DNA of 39,205 nucleotides from Polyangiaceae bacterium (lineage in GTDB: Bacteria > Myxococcota_A > Polyangia > Polyangiales > Polyangiaceae). Position numbers and translations under genes: made by a program. The notes under the pieces were generated by a model, which saw only the letters and a program-made list of their open reading frames with translations, was not told where the DNA came from and did no database searches. This document shows, in pieces, positions 16,381 to 24,850 of this stretch; the stretch's first letter is position 1; each line of letters starts with the position of its first letter. The stretch spans positions 1 through 39,205 of the forward strand of contig JBNKBE010000036.1 of the NCBI GenBank assembly GCA_050287085.1, in the 5' to 3' direction.

Positions 16381-18591
16381 CTAAACGCTGGGCCCTTGAG
16401 CATTGGCGCGAAGGGAACGCGCGCTGAGTGCGATTCGACGCCGCTCAGAATCAACGCTGAGGACACGCACCTGCAAGCGTTCCCCGACTTTGACGACTTG
16501 CGCCGGATCCTTCACGAAGCGATCGGCCAGCTCCGAGATGTGGACCAGACCGTCCTGATGCACGCCAACGTCCACAAAAGCGCCAAATGCGGTCACGTTG
16601 GTCACGACCCCCTCGAGCTGCATTCCAGCTTTGAGATCGTCGATCGACCGTACGTCGTCGCGAAATCGCGGCGGCTCAAAACCGGCCCTCGGATCACGTC
16701 CGGGCTTCTCTAGTTCGGCAACAATATCCTCGAGCGTAGGACGGCCCAAGCCCCTCGCCTCATCCACATAGCGATCGAGTGGAACCTGCGCAGCAAGCTC
16801 CGCGCTGCCGACCAGAGTCTCAACCGGCTTGCCGAGGTCTTTTGCCATCTGCTCGACCAAACCATAGCGCTCGGGATGAACAGCGGATGCGTCGAGGGGC
16901 TGCGACCCACCTCGAATTCGCAAGAAGCCCGCCGCCTGCTCAAAGGTACGCGCCCCAAGTTTGGGCACACTTCGCAGTTCCGACCGACTCTTGAAAGGTC
17001 CCACCTCGTCACGCCGAGACACGATCGCCGCCGCCAACGACGGCCCAAGTCCCGCAACGTGAGATAGCAGAGCTGCGCTCGCCGTATTGAGCTCCACCCC
17101 CACGTGATTGACGCAGCTTTCTACAACGCTACCCAGCTCACGTTCGAGTGCCGCCTCGGGCACGTCGTGCTGATACTGCCCCACCCCGATGGCTTTTGGT
17201 TCAATCTTGACCAGCTCCGCTAGCGGGTCCTGAAGGCGACGGGCGATACTGATCGCACCTCGGATCGTCAGATCCAACTCCGGAAATTCGCGACGAGCCC
17301 CCTCCGACGCGCTGTAGACGCTGGCACCCGCTTCACTCACGCTCACAACGTGTGGAGAAGGCTGAACAAGCTCGCGCACAACGTCCCGGACAAACGCCTC
17401 GGTTTCGCGTCCGGCAGTACCGTTGCCCACCGCGACCGCAACCGGCTTACCCCGCTCTATCAGCCGAACCAGCGAACGACGCGCGGCTTCCATCTGCCGC
17501 TCGCCGCCGCTCGGATAGATTGTCGCGTGCTCCAAGAGTTTGCCCGTACCGTCCACCAGGGCGCACTTGCAGCCGGTGCGAAAGCCCGGATCGATTCCCA
17601 GCACGGGCTCGGGCCCCAGGGGTGCCGCCAACAAGAGATGACGCAGGTTTTCCGCAAAAACATGGATGGCAGCATCGTCAGCCCGCCGCTCGAGTTCACC
17701 CGAAAGCTCGCTGTCCATCGCACCGCTGAGCAGCCGCTTGTGTGCGTCTTCAATCGCGGCCACCAGCTCGGCGGCAAAAGGCGAACGCCGATCGAGCCGC
17801 AGCCGACGCTCCAACTCTTGTAGCAGCGGCTCGGCATGCTCCAACATCACTTTCACGCGCAGGACGCCCTCGGCCGCTCCGCGGCGGAGCGCCAGGTAGC
17901 GGTGGGGTGCCACGGCTCTCACGGGTTCCTCGAAGTCGTAGTACTGCTCGTACTTGGTGCGTTCTTGTGTCGCCTTCTTGACGGGTTGCGCCCGTACCAC
18001 CGCATGTCGTTCGTAGTGGCGACGACAAGTCCCCCGGATGTCGGGGCGTTCGGCTAGGCTTTCAGCGACGATATCGCGCGCGCCGGCCAAAGCTGCGGCC
18101 GCGTCAGCCACCTCACCTCCGACGAAAGCCTGCGCCTCACGGCCCGGCGCACCCGACGCGGGCTGCGCCAAGATGCGTTGCGCTAGCGCTTCGAGCCCCC
18201 GCTCTCGAGCCGCCTGCGCGCGCGTCCGTCGGCGGGTCTTGTAGGGCAAGTAGAGATCTTCAAGCTCCGTTTTGGTGTTGCAGCCTTCAATCTGCGCGAG
18301 CAAATGGGCGTCCAGCTTGCCTTGTTTCTCGATGGCGCGCAGGATGGCCTGCTGGCGCTCCCGAAACTCTCGAAGCAGGGCGTGTTGCGCTTGCACCTGC
18401 CTGAGCTGCACCTCGTCCAGCCCTCCAGTCGCCTCTTTCCGGTAGCGCGCCACGAACGGGATCGTTGCGTTATCGGAAAATAGCTCCAAAGCGGCTCGAA
18501 CAGACCGCTCCGGGAGCGACAGACGACGACTCAGTACCGCAGCTATGCCTTCCACTGTACCCGGGCCCGCGCCGACCGAAGATGTCGTCAT
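16381..18591 (-). CDS. tex: Tex/YhgF RNA-binding transcriptional accessory protein
   Basis: TIPFVARYRKEATGGLDE, LEDLYLPYK, GIDPGFRTGCK, EAGASVYSAS, IGVGQYQHDV and a C-terminal S1 domain (FGAFVDVGVHQDGLVHIS). Confidence 0.95.
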   Translation of the reverse strand: MTTSSVGAGPGTVEGIAAVLSRRLSLPERSVRAALELFSDNATIPFVARYRKEATGGLDEVQLRQVQAQHALLREFRERQQAILRAIEKQGKLDAHLLAQIEGCNTKTELEDLYLPYKTRRRTRAQAARERGLEALAQRILAQPASGAPGREAQAFVGGEVADAAAALAGARDIVAESLAERPDIRGTCRRHYERHAVVRAQPVKKATQERTKYEQYYDFEEPVRAVAPHRYLALRRGAAEGVLRVKVMLEHAEPLLQELERRLRLDRRSPFAAELVAAIEDAHKRLLSGAMDSELSGELERRADDAAIHVFAENLRHLLLAAPLGPEPVLGIDPGFRTGCKCALVDGTGKLLEHATIYPSGGERQMEAARRSLVRLIERGKPVAVAVGNGTAGRETEAFVRDVVRELVQPSPHVVSVSEAGASVYSASEGARREFPELDLTIRGAISIARRLQDPLAELVKIEPKAIGVGQYQHDVPEAALERELGSVVESCVNHVGVELNTASAALLSHVAGLGPSLAAAIVSRRDEVGPFKSRSELRSVPKLGARTFEQAAGFLRIRGGSQPLDASAVHPERYGLVEQMAKDLGKPVETLVGSAELAAQVPLDRYVDEARGLGRPTLEDIVAELEKPGRDPRAGFEPPRFRDDVRSIDDLKAGMQLEGVVTNVTAFGAFVDVGVHQDGLVHISELADRFVKDPAQVVKVGERLQVRVLSVDSERRRIALSARSLRANAQGPSV

Positions 18592-18641
18592 GCCGCGAGG
18601 CTATCAGCTTCACGCCCCGCTTTGTCTGACGACAGAAGGCC

Positions 18642-19523
18642 TCATCGCGCTTCCGGGCAACCGTCCAAGGTGTTCGCCGCCGTTCCCGGACATCGATCAT
18701 CGTGGTCCGCGACGCCATCGTGGTCTTCGTCCACGACCAGCAGCGGACGGGGTTGCGGATGCCAGCGCCCCAGGGCGTAGGAGACGCCCAAGAGTAGCTC
18801 GGGCCACTGGGGTTGCCGACTCGCGCTTTGACGCTGCGTGAAGACGTCTCGAATGTCCACCCGGGCTTCCCAGAGCGACGTGATACGATACTTCACCCCC
18901 GCACCTACCACCACGGCCAAGTCAGAATCGTCCCCCAACACCTCAGAGCTGACGTTCAAGTTGCCATAGCCTAACGATACAAAAGGCAGCCAGGGTCCCC
19001 GAGGCATCTGCCACACCAGAGCGCCTTGCCACGTCCAGCGCATGAGCCGTTGCCCGCGCCCGGCCGTGCTTGGAATCAAGCCCAACTCGCCTTCGATTCC
19101 TAGAACCGGCACCGGGTATACGCCAACGCGCCCCCCACCGTAGGGTGCTACGCGGGCATAGTCCACATACTCGGCGGAGTGGAGCTTGAGCGCGTGGTCT
19201 TTGGGCGCCCACTGAAGTCCCGCGACGGCGCCGATGGTGAGCCAAGGATAGCGCCACAGCTCAGAGTCGGCGATGGCAACGGGTGGCGGGGGCACTTCCC
19301 CGGCGAGCGGCGGCGGGGCTGAAGTGTCGTCCGCGGGAGTAGCGTCCGCGGGAGTAGCTGATTCGCTCGGGGGCGTGCCGCCCTCATCGCGTACGGCACT
19401 CGCGACGCCGCCGGCTTCAGATGTTTGCGCGTCCACAGCAGGCGCTGATTGTGCCTGTGCGCTCCCAGCGGTCAGCACTGCCAGCAAGATGAGGCGACCC
19501 ACAGCACCGAGTTCACTCCTCAC
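18642..19523 (-). CDS. Outer-membrane beta-barrel protein (OmpA N-terminal-like) ending in a single TSP3-like repeat
   Basis: Signal peptide (AQA), Pro/Ala linker, amphipathic strands (PFVSLGYG, GAGVKYRI, LGVSYALG), then DEDHDGVADHDDRCP..GCP and a stop. Confidence 0.75.
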   Translation of the reverse strand: MRSELGAVGRLILLAVLTAGSAQAQSAPAVDAQTSEAGGVASAVRDEGGTPPSESATPADATPADDTSAPPPLAGEVPPPPVAIADSELWRYPWLTIGAVAGLQWAPKDHALKLHSAEYVDYARVAPYGGGRVGVYPVPVLGIEGELGLIPSTAGRGQRLMRWTWQGALVWQMPRGPWLPFVSLGYGNLNVSSEVLGDDSDLAVVVGAGVKYRITSLWEARVDIRDVFTQRQSASRQPQWPELLLGVSYALGRWHPQPRPLLVVDEDHDGVADHDDRCPGTAANTLDGCPEAR

Positions 19524-20901
19524 GACGACTGTCCTCCGTTCGACGACGCGTGGCTCGCCGAATAGCGTCTACCACCTCGGAAGCCTCCGGTGGGGCCGAG
19601 ACCAGATCGGTCACGCCACTTTCGAGCAATGCCTGTAGCTCGAACGCACTAGTATCCTGCACACACGCGATAACCTGTTTCCCTGAAGCCGCCAAGAGTC
19701 GAGCTTGCTGCTTGAGTGTATCGATATCGCGCTCGACGGCGCCCAGGATCACGATGTCACTCTCTGCACTCGCCAGCTGATGGTCGGCGAGAGTCACGCA
19801 CTCGATTCCGTGAACGCCAAGCCCGGCCAAGCAGTCTCCGCTCAAGCCCCCGGCACTCGGCCCCACACTGCCCACTCGCAAAGGAATGACCTGCGGCATT
19901 AGGGCCGGATTGGAACTCGGCCGAAAGCTGCCACGTTCACTCGGCGAGCGGCGCCCGGAAGCCTCGTCGCCGCGTTCGTCGTCGAGAATGCTGCGAAGCC
20001 GCTCCGCGATGACCCGCGCCGACGGTGGCCTCTGATGGGCGTGTTTGGCCAGCATCTGGAGGCGCAAGGCTTCGAGCTCAGCTGGAATCGGCTCTGCATC
20101 TTCTGACCGTTCGAGCGGGCCCGGAGGAGTGAACATCTGAAGCGACATCAACACCGCGCCCGAGTCGGCCTCAAACGGCGGCGTCAGCTGAAGCAATTCA
20201 GTAAGAATGCATCCCATCGCGTAGATATCGCTCTCCGGCCCCACCGTCATCGAACGGCATTGTTCGGGGCTCATGTAGGCTGGGCTCCCCGCGATCAAAC
20301 TCGCATTGGTGAGTGTCGGACCGGCATCCAATACGTCGTCGAAGCGAGCCAAGCCGAAGTCGACAACTTTGACGTGTGGAACGACGCCCTCAAGCTGCGT
20401 CAGCAGAACATTCTCCGGCTTCAGGTCCCGATGGACGATCCCCCTATCGTGGGCGGCCTGAAGTGCCCCGAGCATTTGTTCCATGAGGCCCACCACCACT
20501 TCTAAAGGAAGAAAACTCGAACTCTGGTCCAGGTATTGAGCCAAACTGATCCCCGCGATGTACTCCATGGCGAGGAAAGGAAGCGGTGCTTTGCCGAAAT
20601 CCATGACCCGCACGATGTTGGGATGATCCAGGGCCAGAATCGCTCGTGCTTCGCGCTCAAAGCGCCGAAGTCGCTCCATGTCAGAGTCACGCTCAAAGCG
20701 CATTACTTTGATCGCAATGACCGTTTTGAGGTCGAGGTGTTCCGCGCGATATACCTCGCCCATCCCGCCGCGACCGATTCGTTCCAAGATCCGGTAGCGA
20801 TTGGCAAGGCGGGTCCCTGGTGCCAAGGTCGGCACCGAGCTCACTCCCGACGGAGTGTTGCCGGAATCTACAGCGAGGTAGCGTGTTTCGTCCTGATCCA
20901 T
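19513..20901 (-). CDS. Cytoplasmic Ser/Thr protein kinase with C-terminal pseudo-receiver domain
   Basis: IGRGGMGEVY, IAIK, HRDLKPEN, DFG and YMSPE. ATG at 20901 overlaps the upstream TGA (TGATG). The C-terminal receiver-like pattern (DIVILG..GVTDLVSAP) lacks the phosphoacceptor Asp and the Lys. Confidence 0.9.
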   Translation of the reverse strand: MDQDETRYLAVDSGNTPSGVSSVPTLAPGTRLANRYRILERIGRGGMGEVYRAEHLDLKTVIAIKVMRFERDSDMERLRRFEREARAILALDHPNIVRVMDFGKAPLPFLAMEYIAGISLAQYLDQSSSFLPLEVVVGLMEQMLGALQAAHDRGIVHRDLKPENVLLTQLEGVVPHVKVVDFGLARFDDVLDAGPTLTNASLIAGSPAYMSPEQCRSMTVGPESDIYAMGCILTELLQLTPPFEADSGAVLMSLQMFTPPGPLERSEDAEPIPAELEALRLQMLAKHAHQRPPSARVIAERLRSILDDERGDEASGRRSPSERGSFRPSSNPALMPQVIPLRVGSVGPSAGGLSGDCLAGLGVHGIECVTLADHQLASAESDIVILGAVERDIDTLKQQARLLAASGKQVIACVQDTSAFELQALLESGVTDLVSAPPEASEVVDAIRRATRRRTEDSRREE

Positions 20902-23132
20902 CACCAATCTCTCCATCCGAGCCCGAGCATGCCCGCAATACGTCCACCGTAGTCCGTCCACGGCGAAGCGCGTAGTTGCAGCACAGCAAACCAATCGTCT
21001 CCCACCGTGACGCCCGACAAGAGCGCGGCGCGAGCGTGTTGCCGGTCGCTAAACCACGCAGCCTCGGTCCAAGAATGAAACTGAAGACCCCATGCTTCGT
21101 AGCCCGCGCCCAGGGCCCCATAGGGATGGAAGGTAGACCCAGCAAAGGGCGCGAACGCCACACGTAGGTTTAGGTTTACAAGCCATTCGAAAGCGTCGCC
21201 ACGCGTGCCCCAAGCTCCGCCGACTTCAAAGCGGCCAGGAAGCGCCGAGTCCCGCAGTGGCAATAGTGCAGCAACGCGCGCTCCAAGCTCCTGCCCTGCA
21301 GCCGGCGTCATCGCGGCCAGCAGCGCGATTGCGGCTGCACTATCGCTGTCAGCACGGCTGGCTCCGGCATGCAACTCAGACGCCATCCGCGCCGTAAGAC
21401 CGAAGTCGCCGAGTGTCGCCGCAGCTCGTACGTGACCGAGAGGACCGCCGCCCCCCGCGGCCAGCGTCGCTCCGGTGGCCACCTGAGACTTGATCCGCGG
21501 TGCCCATAGCGGTGTTGACGCCCGCGGCGTGGTGCCCAAAAAGCCGAGCGCGGGCCCCAAGTATGACGGAGCAAGCTCGGACTCCTGCAGGCGACCACGC
21601 GGCACGGCTAGGGTGAGCGCCGCCAGGCGCACGCCGCGCACGTCCCGGAGTTCAATGTCTACCGGCAGTCGTGGATTGACCGCGAAATCAAGCTGCAGCT
21701 GTGGCGCACCGTATGGCAGTACATAGTGCACGGACCCTGCCCCCTGGGATACCCAAGCCTGCAATCCCGCGGCCTCGGCCTCCGCTTCGAGACGTTCTCC
21801 TGACACGACAAGGTGAACGCGCTCCGGACCGCTCCACGTTGCCACCATCGACGGCTGAAGAGCACGCCGCTGGACGGTGTAGCTGTGCTGGATACGGCCA
21901 TCGCTATCGACCACGTGCAGTCTATGCAAAACCCGTCCAATGGGACTTACACGCAGTGGCAGCGCTTGCCAGTGCTTGTCTTCGTCCAAACGAATCCGCG
22001 CAGTGGCCGGTCCCTCGATGTCGACGTGACCATAGTCACTGAGCAACAGCCGGTCTCGTTCGAGCGTTCCTAGCGCCACCTTCGCTTGCAATACGCTCCA
22101 GCGCAGGATCTGTGAGGGCAATCCCAATAGCTCGGCGTCGTCCACCGCCTGAACCCGCGCGTAGTACGCCCCCGCTGGCAAGTCCTGAGCGGCAAATGCG
22201 TGCACCGACTGCGGGACCTCCTCGCGAGCGATCAGGCGAGTGAACGCTTCGTCAGTGGCAAGCTCAACCCGATAGGCCACGGCGCTCGCCACCGGCTGCC
22301 AACTGATCCGCATGTGCCCACCTGCCGCAAACAGTTGGGACTCCGGCGGAAGCCCGGCCCACTTGGGGGCCTCCGGCAGCTTGCGCGGTGGCTCCGGCGC
22401 TGCGGCCTTCTTGTAGCGCGTCCCGTAGTGCTTGGGCACAACTACCGCGCGGCCTGCCGCCTCCACCCGCGCGTCGCCATCGAAGACGCTCACGCTGGTG
22501 CTGTCGACGCCGCGACGCACGACCACGTCGCGACTGTTAGCGCTCACGCGGCCGCCGTCGTTGGTCTGTAGCTGCCAGGCGTCGCTACCCAGGGCGACCA
22601 GACCCGCGCGCAGCTCTCCCTCGTCGAGCTGCACGCGGGCCGAGCTCTCCCGAGTGTCTTCCGCCGTGCCGTAGATGATGACGAGCGTCTGCTCCCCCAA
22701 GAACATGTGGCTGCGGTCGCGAAACAGAATGTCAGCTTGCGCCCCCTTCAACGTATTGACGCCATGACCTCGATGGAGCGGCATGCCGTCGACCGCACTC
22801 TGCCAGGTGCCCTGCGCCGGACGCACCTTCACCACAGGGCGCGACGCATTCAGTCGCGCGGGGGGAAGCTCGACGTCTTGAACCGGAACGACCAGAACTG
22901 CACCCTGCGTCAGCGGAGCGTCACAATCGATCGCGTTGTAGCGCTTGAGAAGCGCAATGCGGGAAGCGTTTCCGTACAGCGTTTCGGCAATCTGCCGACA
23001 CGTTTCGCCAGCTTCGACCGTCCATTGTAGCACTTCTTCCGGAAACCCCGGGGTCTTCCTGGCGGGTTCACTCGCCGCGAAACTGGGCCACAGCAGGCTC
23101 AAGCAGACAAGCGTCCGAGCGATGGTCTTCAT
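20901..23132 (-). CDS. Secreted LysM + FecR-like + FN3 protein with probable C-terminal beta-barrel
   Basis: Signal peptide; LysM-like WTVEAGETCRQIAETLYG..N..LTQGAVLVVP; FecR-like region (VNTLKGAQADILFRD..LGEQT..LDEGEL..VSVFDG); FN3 (ISWQPV..YRVELATD..YYARVQAVD); aromatic strand-rich C-terminus ending LGLGWRDW. Confidence 0.8.
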   Translation of the reverse strand: MKTIARTLVCLSLLWPSFAASEPARKTPGFPEEVLQWTVEAGETCRQIAETLYGNASRIALLKRYNAIDCDAPLTQGAVLVVPVQDVELPPARLNASRPVVKVRPAQGTWQSAVDGMPLHRGHGVNTLKGAQADILFRDRSHMFLGEQTLVIIYGTAEDTRESSARVQLDEGELRAGLVALGSDAWQLQTNDGGRVSANSRDVVVRRGVDSTSVSVFDGDARVEAAGRAVVVPKHYGTRYKKAAAPEPPRKLPEAPKWAGLPPESQLFAAGGHMRISWQPVASAVAYRVELATDEAFTRLIAREEVPQSVHAFAAQDLPAGAYYARVQAVDDAELLGLPSQILRWSVLQAKVALGTLERDRLLLSDYGHVDIEGPATARIRLDEDKHWQALPLRVSPIGRVLHRLHVVDSDGRIQHSYTVQRRALQPSMVATWSGPERVHLVVSGERLEAEAEAAGLQAWVSQGAGSVHYVLPYGAPQLQLDFAVNPRLPVDIELRDVRGVRLAALTLAVPRGRLQESELAPSYLGPALGFLGTTPRASTPLWAPRIKSQVATGATLAAGGGGPLGHVRAAATLGDFGLTARMASELHAGASRADSDSAAAIALLAAMTPAAGQELGARVAALLPLRDSALPGRFEVGGAWGTRGDAFEWLVNLNLRVAFAPFAGSTFHPYGALGAGYEAWGLQFHSWTEAAWFSDRQHARAALLSGVTVGDDWFAVLQLRASPWTDYGGRIAGMLGLGWRDW

Positions 23133-24850
23133 GCCGAAACTCCCAGTTCAAAGACTCGGATCGCGCGTTCCCGGCCGGTTTCGGCGTGCTCGCCGACGAA
23201 GGCAAATCGGAACTCTTGGCTTGCACGTTCCTGGGTGTTCTCCCCGACCAACACCTGGTTGGGGGCAGCACGTTTCTCCAAGCGGGCTGCGACGTTAACG
23301 GCGTCTCCTATGACGGTGTACTCCATCCGCTTCTGGGACCCGATATTGCCCACGATGCACTCGCCCGTATTGACCCCCATTGCGATATCCACCGATCTGC
23401 CAAGTTCCCGCGTCCAGTATTGGTTGGCCAGGCGAGTGAAGCGCAAGATGTCCTCAGCGGAGCGCAGCGCATGAGTTACCTGCTGCGGATCTGGCTCGGG
23501 TGCGCCAAAGACCGCCATCACACTATCGCCGATGAACTTGTCGACAATGCCACCGTGCCTAAAGACCACTTCGGTAATCAACGAAAATAGCTCATTCAAA
23601 AAGGTCACCACCCGCTCTGGCTCTTTGGCTTCCGCAATCGGAGTAAAGCCCACCACGTCGACAAAGAGCACCGTCACCGTCGCTCGAACACCCCCCAACT
23701 CGACGTCGTGTTGGCCCGTGACGATTCGGTCCACCAGCTGCTGACTCATGAATCGGCTCAAGTTGGCCCGAAGCCGAGTTTCGCTCAAGATCTTGGCCTC
23801 ATTGGCCTGAAGATCCGTCGCCATCACCTGTAGCGATTGAGCCAGTTGCCCGAGCTCGTCGTTGGTCGTACGAAGACGGGGCAATCCTTCCCAACGGCGC
23901 TGTCCAATCAGCTCTGCGCTGGTTGCCATCTGAAGGATCGGCTGCGTAAGACGGCGCGCGCCCACCAAGCCAAGACCGAGAGCCAACAGGGTTGCGATCA
24001 AAGAAGCCTGAATCGTTCGACGACGCATCAGAGTGAGCGCGGCATAAGCCACCTTCTCCGAGCGCCACATCGCAACAGACCAGCCAAACTTCGATAGCAC
24101 CTCCAGCCCCCCAAGAACCCGTCCTCCGCCGAGCTCGATAGACTGAACTCGCGAAAAACCAGCCTGGGCACCCTCCGACGGCAGCCATCCCTGGAAGGGC
24201 GACGCCGCAGGAGGGTCGTGCTCCGCGTCAGCGCTATAACCCACGACGGAACGTCCCACTTCGTCAGCGATCAACAAGGTTACCCCCACGGCACCAAATC
24301 GGTTCTCCGCTGTCTCACGCAGCCTCCTTCGCAGAGGCTCGAGCGATACTCGTGCGGCGACGAAGCCTAGCGGCGCCCCAGGCCGAGAACGGGGCACGCG
24401 CGCCACCATCAGCACATCGGCTTCACCACGCCCCAGCGCCACGCCCTGGACGCGAGCCGCGTCGAGCAACGTGCTCGGAACCTCGGGCACGGGTCGCTCA
24501 TCCAACACGATTGCCGTATTCACTTGAGCGTCGGGAACCAGGAAGCGGACGCTGCCCACGTGTCTGGACGACGCAACGACGGAGCGCAAGGGGATGAGAG
24601 AGGGTCCCTCGGGTTGTTGTGCCTGAAGCAGCAGCGCTTGTCCGACAGCGGATAGATCATCTTGCACCGCACTCAGATGAGCCGAGAGCCAAGCGCTGAG
24701 CTCACCGACAACCGCGGCCTGCAACTGCAATTCAGAACTGCGCACAGCATCGCTATTGATACCGACGAGCAGAGCACCCGTAACCAGCGCCGGAAGAGTG
24801 GCCAGTAGCACGAATACGCCCGCGGCCTTGACCCTTAGCGACAATTTCAT
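23129..24850 (-). CDS. Membrane class III adenylyl cyclase (periplasmic sensor, HAMP, catalytic domain)
   Basis: Two TM segments; HAMP (LTQPILQM..NDELGQLAQSL); catalytic LFVDVVGFT, DKFIGD and EYTVIGDAVNVAARLE. The Lys/Thr specificity pair indicates ATP use (class IIIb). Confidence 0.92.
   Translation of the reverse strand: MKLSLRVKAAGVFVLLATLPALVTGALLVGINSDAVRSSELQLQAAVVGELSAWLSAHLSAVQDDLSAVGQALLLQAQQPEGPSLIPLRSVVASSRHVGSVRFLVPDAQVNTAIVLDERPVPEVPSTLLDAARVQGVALGRGEADVLMVARVPRSRPGAPLGFVAARVSLEPLRRRLRETAENRFGAVGVTLLIADEVGRSVVGYSADAEHDPPAASPFQGWLPSEGAQAGFSRVQSIELGGGRVLGGLEVLSKFGWSVAMWRSEKVAYAALTLMRRRTIQASLIATLLALGLGLVGARRLTQPILQMATSAELIGQRRWEGLPRLRTTNDELGQLAQSLQVMATDLQANEAKILSETRLRANLSRFMSQQLVDRIVTGQHDVELGGVRATVTVLFVDVVGFTPIAEAKEPERVVTFLNELFSLITEVVFRHGGIVDKFIGDSVMAVFGAPEPDPQQVTHALRSAEDILRFTRLANQYWTRELGRSVDIAMGVNTGECIVGNIGSQKRMEYTVIGDAVNVAARLEKRAAPNQVLVGENTQERASQEFRFAFVGEHAETGRERAIRVFELGVSA

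Noticed and set aside
23129..24850. Guanylyl cyclase or anti-phage (Pycsar/CBASS-type) cyclase
   Set aside because: Specificity residues are Lys/Thr (ATP-type), the protein is a HAMP receptor cyclase, and no cyclic-nucleotide effector gene is adjacent.
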